Of a stretch of 64,000 bases of DNA, positions 11,250 to 24,700 are shown one piece after another. The notes beneath the pieces were generated by a model that did no database searches, had not been told where the DNA came from, and was given only the letters and a program-made list of their open reading frames with translations. Source of the DNA: Phoronis australis (lineage: Eukaryota > Animalia > Phoronida); assembly GCA_002633005.1 (NCBI GenBank), contig NMRA01000370.1:62001-126000 (forward strand). The letters run 5' to 3'. The position numbers and the translations under genes are program-made. Numbering within the stretch: the stretch's first letter is position 1; every line of letters begins with the position of its first letter.

Positions 11250-14200
11250 CTGGGATACATTGGAAAAGGGATGAAGAGAAATCAGTAAACTGAGGTAGAT
11301 AAATAAATGTTCCTACACAATTTTCTGCATTATTCCTAACCAAAGCACTTTGCAGTTCAGAAACATTGCTACATTCATACGGTCTCCAATTGTTGACAAA
11401 TTCATCTTGGGACTATAACATATGTACAAACAAGATCACACTTAAGTTTAAAGAAAAAAGCCTGGCTAGAGAACCTTTGGAGAAGAGAAAAATTGGACTC
11501 TATGCATGTTTTCAAATACAACAAAGTATACCAAACAGACTGTCAGAATGGCCCAAGGTAACAATCCCAATAATTGTTTGAACATACCAGTAGCTTAATT
11601 TTGTAGCCAAAATATGTATGAGGTAAAATATCACGAATTTAAGACAGAAATAATTGCCAAATTTAATTTGTGTTTTCATTGTTTTCATTTTTAAGGCATC
11701 TGGCATTCCTGTAAATGCTTTAATTTCTCAAAACATTGCCTGATAAGCTATTGAGGAGCACTTGAAATAATACAGTGTTTCAATTTGTTGGTACTTTTTA
11801 ATAAAAAAATGAAAAAGAAAAGTTATCTTGTCTGCCATATCGTTCCCAAAACATAGCGAGATTTTACCGTAGCTATTTGATGAAAACACTGTATTTCATA
11901 AATTGATCAGTTTAACAACAATGGCATGCATTACACTGTACCGACAGATGCACAGGAGATGAAGAAGTTAGACTTTCTTACTCTAAAAGCGCTACCCGTT
12001 GGGGGGAGTGGCCCTGTGACAGAACGATGCTTGCCACACTGTGGGGCATCAGTATGCAACATCAGTTTGAAATGAATCGTGAAAGTAAAGTGAATCGCTT
12101 TTTTGTTTTTTTAATGCATAGTAAATTTCACTTAAGTGTCTTGAATGCACCCACTTAGAATATGCATGCTCTTCCAGCAAACACAAATCACAAAACCAGC
12201 TCCCAATAGGTGGAGCAGTATTCCTGTACATTTCTAACCACCAACCACTTGGAATGCCTCAATGTTATTTTCTAATCAATGGCAATGTCCGCAGGTTACA
12301 CAAATCAGTGAGAAACCATATTGCACAACCTTTTCACAGTGCTAATACTCAAAGTACTAGGAGAGAGTGCAAAACCAGAGACAATTCTGTTTACGAAATC
12401 AAAGAATCGCATGTTTCTCCAGATGTGAACTATAAAACTTTTGATAGTTTAAATTAAAAATGTGGGTTCACTCACTTCCTTCTTTCAGCATCCTGACGAT
12501 CAGTGCCAGGAAGACTGACTGTGATTGTCGTCGGGGAACTGACATCGTAGCGTCGCTGCGGCTTCTTGCAAACTTTGATCTTTACCAAGATCTCAAACAC
12601 GGTGTTGCACAACACCGCTACAAATGGTTCAATCTTTCCTGGGAAGAAACTGAAAGATATATGCCAAATGGGTTTACTTTAATGAATTTTTTCTGTACTT
12701 AAGCAAAACCCCTACATAACTACATGGACTTGGTAATTATTTAGTCATAATCCACAGTATAAACTGGTGTGTTGCAAACTGGACTTCAAAAGTCGAGAGG
12801 CAGAGAGATTACTCTTAACTCAAGAAACACTGACAAGAATTCAAAAGCTAGACATAAATTTTCCCTATTATTTTAAATATGAGACTGATAGCTGTCAATA
12901 CTCTAAGTCACAATAACTTAAACTATGGTTTTAAAGGTCCACCATCTTTGAAAAATGTTGTTTTTTGTTTTTAATATGGCATTAACATTCTCAATTATAT
13001 ATGACAAAAGGAGTCTAGAGTTCATTGCTTGTTTCAATGGAAAGATTAGCCACACCTAACTTGATTTATGACAGAAGTTTGCGATTTATAGAAGTTCTAC
13101 ATTTTCTCCATGGCCAGTCAATTTCGGCCTAAGTTTGGTTACCATACTCAAATGGTGAATTTTGTGTAGCTGGTTTACAAAATGTCCTGACTGACAAACT
13201 TCAACACTGTGGGACAAATGTCCAGGACTTAGATAAAACAGCAAAGTTGCGACAGCGTCACCAACACAAACTCTTCTACCAATGCACTATCCCGGACAAA
13301 TACAGTACAAACTAGACACCGTCTCTAGCTGGCCCCAGTAAAGACGGAAGCTTTTCAGCGAGTTATGCCGCACAATGATTGAAACATCACAGTCACGTTG
13401 TTATATGTACCAACCACGCATAGAAGGTAACCTTAGGAGGCGATCGATGTCTTCAATTCCTTCCATCTCATACAAATACTCCCATTATCGAACTTTTTCT
13501 TCAAGCAGTCATTCGTTCAGTTGACTAAATCGACAACTGGCCATTTTTACACTGCACACACTCCTATTTTTACTGCGCCACCAGGAGCACGTGCAGTGTT
13601 AAAAATGGTCAATTACGGATTTGGGCAACTGAACAAAGGACTGCTCGAAGAAAAATTTTGATTATGGGAGTATTTGTTCGAGTTGGAAGGAATTAAGGAC
13701 ATCAACAGCCTCCTAAGGTGACCCTCTATGCAAAAAAAGGTGCTTATAACAACATGACTTTGATGTTTCAATCAATGTGAGTGATACTTTGACGAAAAGG
13801 TTCTGCAGTATGAAGCTCCTGTAGGACCTTCATCATCTACTGGGGCCAGCTAAAGACGGTGGCCACTGTCTTAAGAACAAATTAGGTCAGTAAAATTATG
13901 ATGCCACTACCATACTGAACGGTTATACCTGGCAAATGTGAAATTGTCAGCCATATCACCACGGTCACCGTTTCCATGTTTCTGATAAAACCTGAGATAG
14001 ACCCAGCTGATCAGTATGCCAAATCCAAACATAATAGGGTAAGGCTTGTTTAAAATACCAGCAATTCGCAGCAGTATTGACAAAATAAACATGAATAGAG
14101 GAATGTGCTTGTTCCTTAGCTTCCCAAACGGCAACATGATGAGTCCATGATCAGGCATAATCTGTTTAACTGCCACGCAAAATGCAGCAATGTACCCAGC

Positions 14201-14632
14201 CAGGCCATAAATTCGAGTTTCAAATAAATAATCATCCTCTTTCGTTAACAAAAACACAAATAAATATGTCATTGTCGTGAAAATTGCCACCTCAAAATTG
14301 ACGAGAGTATAGAACAGCAGCATTTCCTTTGCACCCCATAACGGCTCTAGAAGTTTTCCAGCTAAAATGACAACACTCAAGTCGATAATGACGATCACAA
14401 GATGCGACTGCACAAAACTGAACGTCAACAAAGTCCAGACCCAAAAATTAGGCGGAAGAGTGAGTCCTGGTATTACGCATATGTGCTTCACGACAGTTTC
14501 ACTGAATGAGAGAAAGTAGCCTGTTATCACAGCTGCACAAAGAAACTTCACAACAACGCTAGAATTTCCAAAGGCAGCAGCAATCTGCTGCTTTATGTAA
14601 GGCACATTCCTCTGTAAAACATTACTCGCCAT
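11003..14632 (-). CDS. TMEM115: Transmembrane protein 115 (Golgi rhomboid-like pseudoprotease); join complement(13929-14632, 12476-12649, 11003-11249), 374 aa
   Basis: Motifs PPNFWVWTLLT, GKLLEPLWG, VAVKQIMPD, SWVYLRFYQKH..RGDMADNFTFASFFP, SLPGTD.QDAERRKQLALKALNERL; GT-AG introns; total 1125 nt in frame. Confidence 0.95.
12476..12649 (-). CDS. TMEM115: TMEM115 coding exon 2 (not in ORF track)
   Basis: tctttcag| FFPGKIEPFVAVLCNTVFEILVKIKVCKKPQRRYDVSSPTTITVSLPGTDRQDAERR |gtgagt. Confidence 0.92.
13317..13861. mobile_element. Fold-back (palindromic MITE-like) element, ~250-bp imperfect arms
   Basis: caccgtctctagctggccccagta ... tactggggccagctaaagacggtg; arms stay complementary to a short loop near 13566-13582. 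Confidence 0.85.
13929..14632 (-). CDS. TMEM115: TMEM115 coding exon 1
   Basis: ATG in aaaATGGCG context; ends ...TTTGCCAG|gtataa. Confidence 0.93.
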
Positions 14633-14928
14633 TTTCACTACAACCTGGAAGTGACGTCAGATAGAGATTGATCTTGTAAAGTACATGAAACATATTCAAA
14701 TTAAGTATAAGTTTATAAGAAAATTTGTTGCCCATATTCAACATGAAATAATATGATATAAAATAATGCAACAAAATGATATTTAATTGTTTTTCCTTTT
14801 ACGTAATGAAAAATGTATGTGTACACGAATTTGACGATTTTAGCACGAAGATTGACCTTCATGCTTGTCTTATGTGGGAGAAAATCTGAAATTTTCTGAG
14901 GTTTGTAGCTAAAAGTTTTGTTATGCGG
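14627..14928. promoter_or_regulatory. Putative bidirectional promoter TMEM115/GTF3C1 with ETS-CRE composite (GGAAGTGACGTCA, 14647-14659), YY1-like AAAATGGCG at the TMEM115 start, and candidate non-coding GTF3C1 exon ending at donor CGG|gtaaga (14928)
   Basis: Divergent ATGs 1027 bp apart; GTF3C1 ATG exon is preceded by a strong acceptor (ttttattttttcag, 15625), implying an upstream UTR exon. Confidence 0.55.
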
Positions 14929-15071
14929 GTAAGATATCCCACGCGAATGCTGCATATAGCATTTTTAAGAACCTAAAGACAAATATAGTGCCATTAAAAA
15001 GCACGTTAGGCCCGCCTGTTCATATTATAGGAGTAAAATTGGCGCCTGGCCATCGTAGAGGTTCTAGCTAC

Positions 15072-15140
15072 GGCGATAGTGTATTGGCTCAGTGTATAAG
15101 AGGTACTGAGTTCGAACCCCACACGAGTGCCAAAACCTGT
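15072..15140 (+). mobile_element. tRNA-like SINE head remnant with A box (15085-15093) and consensus B box (15110-15118)
   Basis: tggctcagt ... gttcgaacc; resembles SINE-like copy at 25671-25803. Confidence 0.55.
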
Positions 15141-15658
15141 GCATGAGTGAGAACTTTGCCTCTGTTTCATTTAGATGTCTACCGAGAATATTGCATTTCT
15201 ACTCTCATAGTTGTTGCCCATGGGCCTCACTAAATTGTTGCTGGCCCTGAGTTCAAGTCGTACAAAAATCTAAGCAAGTCCACCAGGCTCTAAGTTACTC
15301 TGAATAAACTTTGCTGCTACTATTCTGAGGTTGCTAAAACAGAAAGCTTGTGCTGGTGGTTGGGAGAAAATTCTTGCCCCTGCAAAGGATGGTTTGTAGT
15401 CAAAATGTGGAAATTAAACAAATGAGATACTAGAAGTGAAAAGGTCAGCAAACACCGGGTAGGGCAATTTCGGGAACAGTGTTTGGGTCACCTCTTAATT
15501 AAAACATGGTATCAAAAGCTATTGCTGAGGTGAGGTGCAATGCTCTGTAGTTAACCAAATTTGATCAATTTTCAAGGGTCATGCATCACCTTTTTATTAT
15601 AACCATCAGCCTTTTATTTTTTCAGGAATGTCGTTAACCTGAGAGGAAAGAAACCATC

Positions 15659-15713
15659 ATGGCCACTTGGTTTGACATGGTTTTGGAGGAAATTGCCTTG
15701 GAAGGACTGGATG
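15659..15713 (+). CDS. GTF3C1: GTF3C1 coding exon 1
   Basis: MATWFDMVLEEIALEGLD G|gtaaat; exon starts at 15626. Confidence 0.9.
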
Positions 15714-18700
15714 GTAAATAATGGAATTATTCTTTAAAGACATAGTTTAATTCACACCAAAACTACTGCTTTTCAAAACAAATAATAGCACTGTGTGAAT
15801 CTGTTGCACAAGGCAGTTCTTGTCTGCACAGCTTGGTTAATGAGAAAGGACTAGCAGTAATGACTTTATCCAACTTTAGCCAGTCAATTCTGAGCACAGG
15901 CATATTTGGTTACATAACCGTCTGTGATGTCAGACCAGGAAGACAGCTGTGTATTACAATGGCTTCAAGCAGTCAACCCTCCAAAATTTTGCTTGCTTCA
16001 CGGCATTTGATAATTCCTTTCAACTCCATTTGTTGGCTTAATTAAACTGTTTTTCACCAAGGAGATGTAAAGACCAGTGTATCACAGATAATCAAGCCTA
16101 ATACAAAATATTGCAGTTTTCGTTTTTCTTCATTTTCATCAGTGATGGGTGTCACCTTTTAATTTAACCACGTATATCATTGAAACTTGAGTGGAGGTGA
16201 TAATCTCAATGACAGAATTACAAGAACACTTGAAATGGAAGTCTTCTGAACTTGATTTTTTAATTCATGTGTTCATCTATTGAAGTAATAAACCCAAGAC
16301 ATCAAGAAATATTACCTGAAGATGCCAGTGAACATATTATTTCAGCTGTTCATCAAGTTAATTCTAGCATGAGTCATAGAAATCAAAGAACAAATCAGAG
16401 GGTGATTATGATTTAATCCACAGTTCAAATTAAAATAAAGTGCTTTCAGTCGGATCTATATATTTGGTAGTACAGTGAAAGACTTTCAAGGTAGTTGAAG
16501 GTTACCGCTACTGTACATAAGTCACAACTGAAATAATCTCAGTACAGTAAAGTTTATATGTGAGTCAAAATGATCTAATCTTTTACCAAAATAAGTAACT
16601 TAGAATGCACAGTACTTTAGAACATTTAAGCATTACAAACGTTATCCAACAACAAGACAAGATTACATGATATGATGAAGTGGATATGCCTAACTATTAC
16701 CATCTGGTGACCAGGTATTTCCTTATATTAGAATTCGACAAGCATGATTTGAAAAAAGTTGCATGGAAAAAGGATTGTAGGCTGGAAGCTTCACAATCCA
16801 AAATGGCCTATTACTCTAATTACGGTGTTTTCTCTATTAATTCGTGCACTAGTGTACGTGTACAAGCTATTTTTCCCTTGAGAGCTTCGTATACGAATTA
16901 ATAGATACTAAATTGGCCGTACGAACTATTAAAAAAGGGAGTCGGGTGTTCGAGTTATTAGAGATAAAGGTCGACGATAACAACGAGTGCGATATGAATT
17001 ATAACAACAAGTAACAACTTATTTTCCCGGATGATGGATTTACTTCAAAATGTAATACTTGAACTCTTTCATTGCCACTTTATTTTCTTCTCATGATCGC
17101 AAACTTCATGAACCACGCCGCCTTCGGGATGTCGTCTGCCGCACTTATTTTCTGACTGCAGTGCACTAGAAACATGTCTTCGAAAAAATCAGAATTGTGA
17201 CGGTGGTTTTGCCAACTCTCCCAATTCGATTTAGAAGGCAAGCTCTCGGATTTTCAACAATTCTCATACCTCACAGAAAGGTGATGAAATTCCCCGACTT
17301 AGCTTTCTGGAAATGTATTTTGCCGGTTACCGAGGATGCCATGGCGACGGAAAGGACAGTGTGCCTCACAGGGTTAATTTGCTGCCTACGTTACTGGGTA
17401 TTTGTGTGTGATCTTGAAATAATAAAAAAATGCAAGCCAGGTTTTGCGTCAGCAGATTTTACCAAATGTCGCTGACAGTTGTTGTGAAGTGCCCTGGAGC
17501 TTAATTGAAATTTTTCGAAACATATTATAAGAGCAGTAGGCGCTTACCGTATTTCCTAAAAAAATCAAAGGTCTTATAGACGAATACTTTACGTGAATGT
17601 TTGCGGTTATAAGAAACTAAATGACTGCAATAATAAGAAATGCTATTACGATGCAATTTTTTGGGGCAAACTGCTCCACCTAAGCCTGTTTGTGTAGATT
17701 TAGTTTCTACCTATACCTGTATAGCCACCCGGAATAATTTCAAGTTTGTTTCTATGCTGGCCAGCTTGAGCCGGAGCAAAATTCTTCCAATAGAATCTAG
17801 CCTGAAAAATCTACGTGGTCGACTGGCGACGCGGGGAATGAAAATTGGCACTAGTGGGAGGGGGTTGTGCGGAGAGAAGAATAAAAGAGATCGCTAGAAG
17901 GTGGCTACGGGCCTGGAATATTGAGCCTAGAGCCACGCGGTTCTGGGGAACATTGGGCCCAAGGAATATCCCAAAGCAACGGGTCTTTTATAATCCCCGG
18001 GTGTCTACGTTCATTGTCAAGTAAATTAACACCTGGGTCGCTGAAACTTATCTGGTACACAGTCGAGCAGGCGTGCGTTCAGTAACGCTAGGACCTATGC
18101 TAGGACTCTAGCTAAAATGTAGCCAAAGTCACCGTGTTCTCATTTAAAATACATGGTAATATCTCACGTCAAGAATCTCGCGAAGTATTGCTTTTTAGCG
18201 AGGTCCTAGCGTTACTGAATGAGAGGCAGGTGTATTCATTTAGCATTGTCGCTATTCTCGTTTGATGGGCGACTATGAAGTGGCACTTGTATGTTCCCAA
18301 ACTTGAATCGTTGGAGTGCATGTTACATTGACAGCAACACGTGTGAGTGACAGATGACTCATACATACGCGCGTGCTCAGCCCCAGAAAGTATAGTGGGG
18401 CTGGAGAATTTGTTTGCTGTCTTGCCAGAAAAAAGAGACGCATTTACAAGTCACGGTCTATCGGGACATTGCGTGCAAACAACGAGATCGACCAGTGCCG
18501 CAGTGAGTGTTGGGGATATTGTAATCAGGACAGCTTGCATGACAAATAAATGTTTTTTTCATCACAAATTCGGTAAGTTGGTCACTAGTGAATGAAACAT
18601 CGCTGTGATGTTTTTAATTTATCACATATTTATGCCGTGGTGTCCGAACACCAGCCAATGAAACGCATCAAAGATCGGTGCTGAATTATCCAAAGACGTT

Positions 18701-21700
18701 ATCCCATGTTCACGCAACACGTTTACCGAGTGTTCAACTTGATTTGGAAACGACCAAATAACGGTCGGATTTGCTCAAGTGCCAGGTATCTACTTGCCGC
18801 CAAAAGCTAGCCTAGGCTTCTTGGAAATTTCCAGGTTGCATGATGCGACTTGAGACGAAATGACCTGGGAATCAAACCACAGATCTCTAGATTGCTGGTC
18901 TAGTGCTCTCACCACTGAGCTACTGGGGACCCTGAGGTTCTTTTCCCAGTTGGGGTTCCTGATTTTTCTGTGTTTATTTGATATATTTCACTACTGGCCA
19001 ACCTCAGCTTTTATATATTTACTATATTTAATTAACACATTGGTAAATTGCTGATTGTATATATAATTGTCTAAATCCCATGTGAAAAAGGCGAAACGCC
19101 GCTCATGGGATGTATGACTTAGCTGTAAATAATAATTGCGCAGAGATCGGGTCCTCAGTAGCTCAGTGGTGAGAGCACTAGACCGGCAATCTAGAGACTT
19201 GTGGTGCGATTTCCAGTTGGGGTTCCTGATTTTTCTGTGTTTATTTGATCTACCATATTAAACTAATAATAGAAGAATATGGGTTATGAAATAAAAAGAA
19301 ATGTGGTTGCTAAGCAAACTTTATTAACAGTCAACACACGTGTATACGCATTAACTACAACTAAATAGCTGTGAACCAATCTCTTTAATTCCTGTCAGTC
19401 CTGACACTTGAATGGCGTTGCTAGCTCAGCCTTAATGTGGTAGATATTGCAGACATGCTAACATACTATCTTTTAATCAAGCCTATGTCTGAATAAACCT
19501 GAAAAACATTTTGGAACTCGATCTACAGATTTGCCGTCAACCTGTGAAGCTTAAAAATCCAGAGCTGGTTCATTCTGTGCCAGCACCATAGTTTGAAGTT
19601 ATATGTTGGACCTTATCGACAAGTCTATGTATTTAGCTTAATATCTTAATGTCTATAAACTTTATCTCTCTATTTCCTGGAAGTAGAAACTCTGTAGAAC
19701 TTGATTTTTGATTTTACCGATTGGGTCATGTGACCTTTTTGTTGTAAAATTTAGCAAAAATGAAGGTACATTGATAGCAAAACAATGACACCAATATCAT
19801 TTCGTTTTCGTTTATACAACTTTTGGATTTCTTAAGGAAAATCATAAAAGTCCTACTTCTTGAGGAGAACTGTAGTGCACAGAGCATAGTATCTGAGTGT
19901 TTCATATGAACTGTAGTGCACGGAGCATAGTATCTGAGTGTTTCATACGAATCCAATCAGCCATTTCTGAGATATGATGATCAGTAGTTGCCCAATTTCG
20001 ACATTATTTTAGGGTCCTGCATAACCTTAGTTTGTGTTCAATGCTGCAAATTTGTAGTGAATTTGATGTATGCAGTGTCATGCCTGAAAGAACTTTTTCA
20101 TAGGATTGAAAAGGATCATAAAAACCACTGTGATTTTCCGCATTATTTCATAGGCTTTAACTATGCCAGCTTTTAGTGAAATGTTTGGCCTGATCTGGAC
20201 ACGGTCTTGATAGCTCAGTGGTGCCCGGCTACTGTTTGTGAGATTTTGGGTCAGGTCAGGCGATTACTTTCATACTGGCAAACAAAACCTGTGTGGACGG
20301 AAGACGGAAACAGGCTTTCCAGAATTGTCATTATTGGATACTTGCGCACTGTAAATTAATTACACATCAGGGTTTTTTTTTTGCTGTATGTTTCAAAACT
20401 GCATTTTTCAACACAATGTATTTTCTTTTTTCCATTTTGCTACTACCCATCAGACATGACTTTGAGGGCTTAGAGTTATTGGAACTGCCTACTGAATTTA
20501 AGAAGATATTTATGGAAGGTGTACCTGCCAGTCATTTCCTCCTGAATTGAAGTCTAGCTTAGATTTGTACTAATCTGTGGTGATACATAAATTAGAAATT
20601 TAATTTTAAACCTGCATTTCAGGTATTACCTTGTCCAATCTTTGGCGCAGGCTGGACTTTCGCCCTGAAAAATTCTGTTTGACGCTGGACCAATCGTCTA
20701 AGGCATACATATGGAAATATGTTATACAGGATGAGGACATTTCGCTGTACGAGGTTCCACAACCTGACACGACGGTGGTTGTCAAAGACAGATTCGTCAT
20801 TGAACCTGACTTTGAATTTCCTATAGAGGTACTGTTTTCAGGATTTGAAATGTTTCACTTGGTTTGAATTGCATGCACTGCCACCTACCAGGGATTGCAT
20901 TTTTAAGTCAATTTAAAGCTGTCACAAACTATACATTTCTTTACGGTAATTTTTCAGTTATTTTGTACACTAATCTCATTTCGCACAGCTAAAATTATTT
21001 TCACTGGGAAAAAATTACATATCGTCTTTTTATTTTGGATGAACCTACTTGCCTCGCCTAGAAATTCGCACATGATCAGTTTTGCTCCTTTGAAAATGAC
21101 AAGACAAAACCCTGTCATAAATCCTAGTACTACAAAACTATGTAGCTGTGTTAATAACGTCTAAACTCTGTATATTCAACACTTAATTCATTCATTATTG
21201 TGGGATATCTCTGCTGTAACAGTTGTAAACATGATGTTAAGTTGGTGATCTAGATTATTGTTACATGAGCCAAGAGTCCTTTGCTCAATAGTGTGTCGCC
21301 AAAGATGAAACTCTTGCATTGGAATAGCATACTGTAACATTATTAGTTTTTATAGGGTCACACTAAAAACATGTAGGTCGCATTTTGATAAATTAACACA
21401 CAGGCCGTTGACGATGCTCGGTTATTCGGTTAATTTCGTGCACCCGTCAAGTACAAAGTCTATATATTCCGTTCATTTCACACGCTATCAGCAAATTGCT
21501 ATTGTGCGAAATAAGTGGGGAATTACCGTAACTTGTGTCTTACTCTGATGAAAAGGTGTCAATTAGTTGCCGCTTGATGGTATGCTCAGCGCATGTTGAC
21601 CTGCCGTATTGCGTCGACTTATTGAGCCTAGTCTTGAGCAATTATATGAAATTTTCATATCTTCACAAGCTAAGACATCACTTCTAGCTTGAGTAAGGAA

Positions 21701-24700
21701 AATTTTGTAGCCAGTTTTGTAATGACCAGAGGTTTGAATGAAAAAATTATTTTTTGACAGAAGGCAAGTTTATAGGCACTTTAAATCAGATCACTACATG
21801 GGACATTTTGAGCATTTACAAAATTAATATCAAGTAGATTAAGATAACAATTCAGTCATTATATGGGGGTTATTATTAGTTATGTGGTTATATCTTCATC
21901 GGTGTACTGTGAAAATGTGTGGGAGCAAGGGGTACCGAGGTCGTGCTTCTTGTTCTTGTTTTGCCCAAGATCTAACCTTCATCATTTATCTATTTATCTG
22001 GACAACTGGTTTAGGGTAGCAAAGCAGTGAGTGTGTTTCTCATGTGTTGCCAGGAGTGCGTTTCGTCAACACGAGAATCTCACCAAGACCTCGTGAAATC
22101 ACGGGGGGGCTCGGTTCTTCACCACTATAGGGGTAATAAAATGACTATCTTCTCAGCCAGCACCATAAACCCTTTATTAAGCTTACTTACGTAGGCCAAC
22201 CAGGACAGTTGTATGACTAAGAGCAATCCCCAGTAATAAACAGCAGACACTGAGTCAATTTCAAAAGGCCTATTGTGTTTGAAGGACACCGATGATTTAC
22301 AATCGTCCCCAAAAATACTCCTTCCAACCCCAAAATATGTCTGGTAGTATCTTTATTGAATACTTTCCTTTGATATTTATACATTGATTGTATTTGCTCT
22401 AACCTCTTGCAGCGTACGGAATCTGAAAAGTTGACCTTTCACCCGATAGATTCCAAAGGCATTCAGGGCTCGTGTAAATCATTCTCCAAGCGCCGAGACA
22501 TTACGAAGCAAGTGAGGAATGATAACGTGTCTATTGACAGAGCCATTGAGAGGTGAGGTCTTACTAAATTCACATGCAGTCTTTGTTCTAAGTGCAAAAT
22601 TTTGATCAGCAAGTCAATCATGTTTGAACTGAAATGTTGTTTTGCTCATCAAGAGGCTTACTCTGTTTCATTTTTCAAAAATCTCTCAAATATTGCTCTC
22701 ACAACGTGAGACTTTTTCTGAATGAAGTGAATTTTTCAAAGAATTATGCAACATTTTCTTTAAATTTCTAGTTATCAATTGATCTGAGAGTAGTTAAGCA
22801 TTGACTAGATCTCCAAAATCAGAAGTTTTATAAAAAGTGACATAAGACTTAAGACAGAAATTTGGTCTTAGGCCCCCTTTCACAATTTACAAATAAAGTT
22901 TTAATCATGTCATTATTAGCACGTCACTGCCTGGAAATAATTTTTACAAATTTTCTCAGTAATTAATAATTGTGGATATATTCTCTGATACTTGATTCTT
23001 CTTCTAAACTCATTGACAACTTAAATTTATTTTTTAGAAATATTAATGAGGAGCATAAGACCAAATTTCTGTCTTATGTCTTAAGACCCCACAGGTCTGT
23101 TTCATGAACAGTGTGACTTAAGACTTAAGACAGAAATTTGGTCTTGCGCTCCCATTTCTCAACTGGTGAAAAAGGTTTAGCCTACTAATTTTATTACAGT
23201 CTAGAAATAATTTATGGAAATCATTTAATTAACTAGCGCTTAAACTTAGACTTTTCACTTTTATCTCAAATGACATTTCATTATTTTTGAGAATACTCAC
23301 ATGTCTAGTTGTGAAAACAGGATTCGTATGTGGGTTCTTGGTTTTTTGTTTCATTTGTTTGGCCTTACTTTTTATTAAGTACGTCTGCTGCTGGTATGCT
23401 AATGGTGCATTTTTCAAAACAGGTGGGGTGACAGGTTAGTTATGGTGGCCTCGCAGCATCTGCGCAGGCGAATGCTTATTGGAGACACTGTTGATCCCAA
23501 TGTGGATATTAGCGGAATCAGATATTGTATCCTGGAGCAAATTGGAAGGTAGGTGTATAAAAGACAGGTAGTTCTTTCTTAATTTTTCTGTTTCATTTTA
23601 CTGTTATGTAGAATCCTATTGATAAATCTGTGTATTTTACCAAATAACAACAAAACTATTCAATGGATTTAACTTTTGACAGTAGAAAGTTCATAGAATT
23701 CGGTTTTTTAACTTTTTACCTAGCTGACATTAATTGGGTCACGTAACGTGTCTTTTTAATGATTGAAATTTATCACAAAGAAAGTACATTGATAGCAGAA
23801 TCGTGGTATCAATAGCATGACCAAATTTCATAATTTAAGATGAAATTTCAAGAGGGATGCTTCAATATTCTAATTAAAATTTTTGTTTTGTTTTCATTTT
23901 ATACAACTTGAACTTTTTGAAGAGATCAAAAAAGTCCAATTTTTTGATAGCCCCTCATGCAAAAGTTGAACATTTTGAAATCAATTCCTGACAATCATTT
24001 TGGAGAATAGTGCGTAAAGCATCTGAATGTTTCGTATGAATACGATGGGCCATTTCTAAGGTATGATGCATCGGAGTTGGCCAAATCTTGGCATTTTTCT
24101 AAGGTCCTAAATAACCTTAAAGATAGTTACATAATTGCTGATAGTTTTCCGTTTAAGTTTTTTCTTACTTTTGTGTTGTTATCTAAAATGCGTATTGTTT
24201 TCAATTGAGTTGCTGGACTTTATTGTTAATCAAGTAGAATAGATTGATTTCAAAAAAATAAATGAAATTGTGAATAAAATTGCTCATATATACTCACATG
24301 GCTGCTGATTTTACAGTATTTTACTTGAGTTTTCATTGTAGGAGTCGCCACCAGGGGGAGATATCATTGAGGCTGAGCCAGGCAATTAAAGATACACATC
24401 ACCTCACTATAACTCTTCTGCGATGCAAGGTCATATGTAAACAGGTAGACGTAATACCGTCATTATCGTCGTCATCATTATAAGATGTCTCGTGTACTGT
24501 AACTACTAAGTTTTCCCCACCGTTCAAAGCTCTTGTTGTTTGTCAGTCCACCCACACTGCCATGTGAATCAACTGTCTGTAGAATTGAGTTTCAAGTTTT
24601 TGAATATCTTAACTGCTTGTTTAGCTTCATAAAAGTTGGACTGTTTCGGGAAATGTTTTCAAAATGGAGGATGAAGTTCACATGCAAGCCGTTAATATGC

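Noticed and set aside
19149-19225. Functional tRNA-Ala gene
   Set aside because: B box/T arm degenerate (ggtgcgattt), C instead of U before the anticodon, continues into a repeated SINE body
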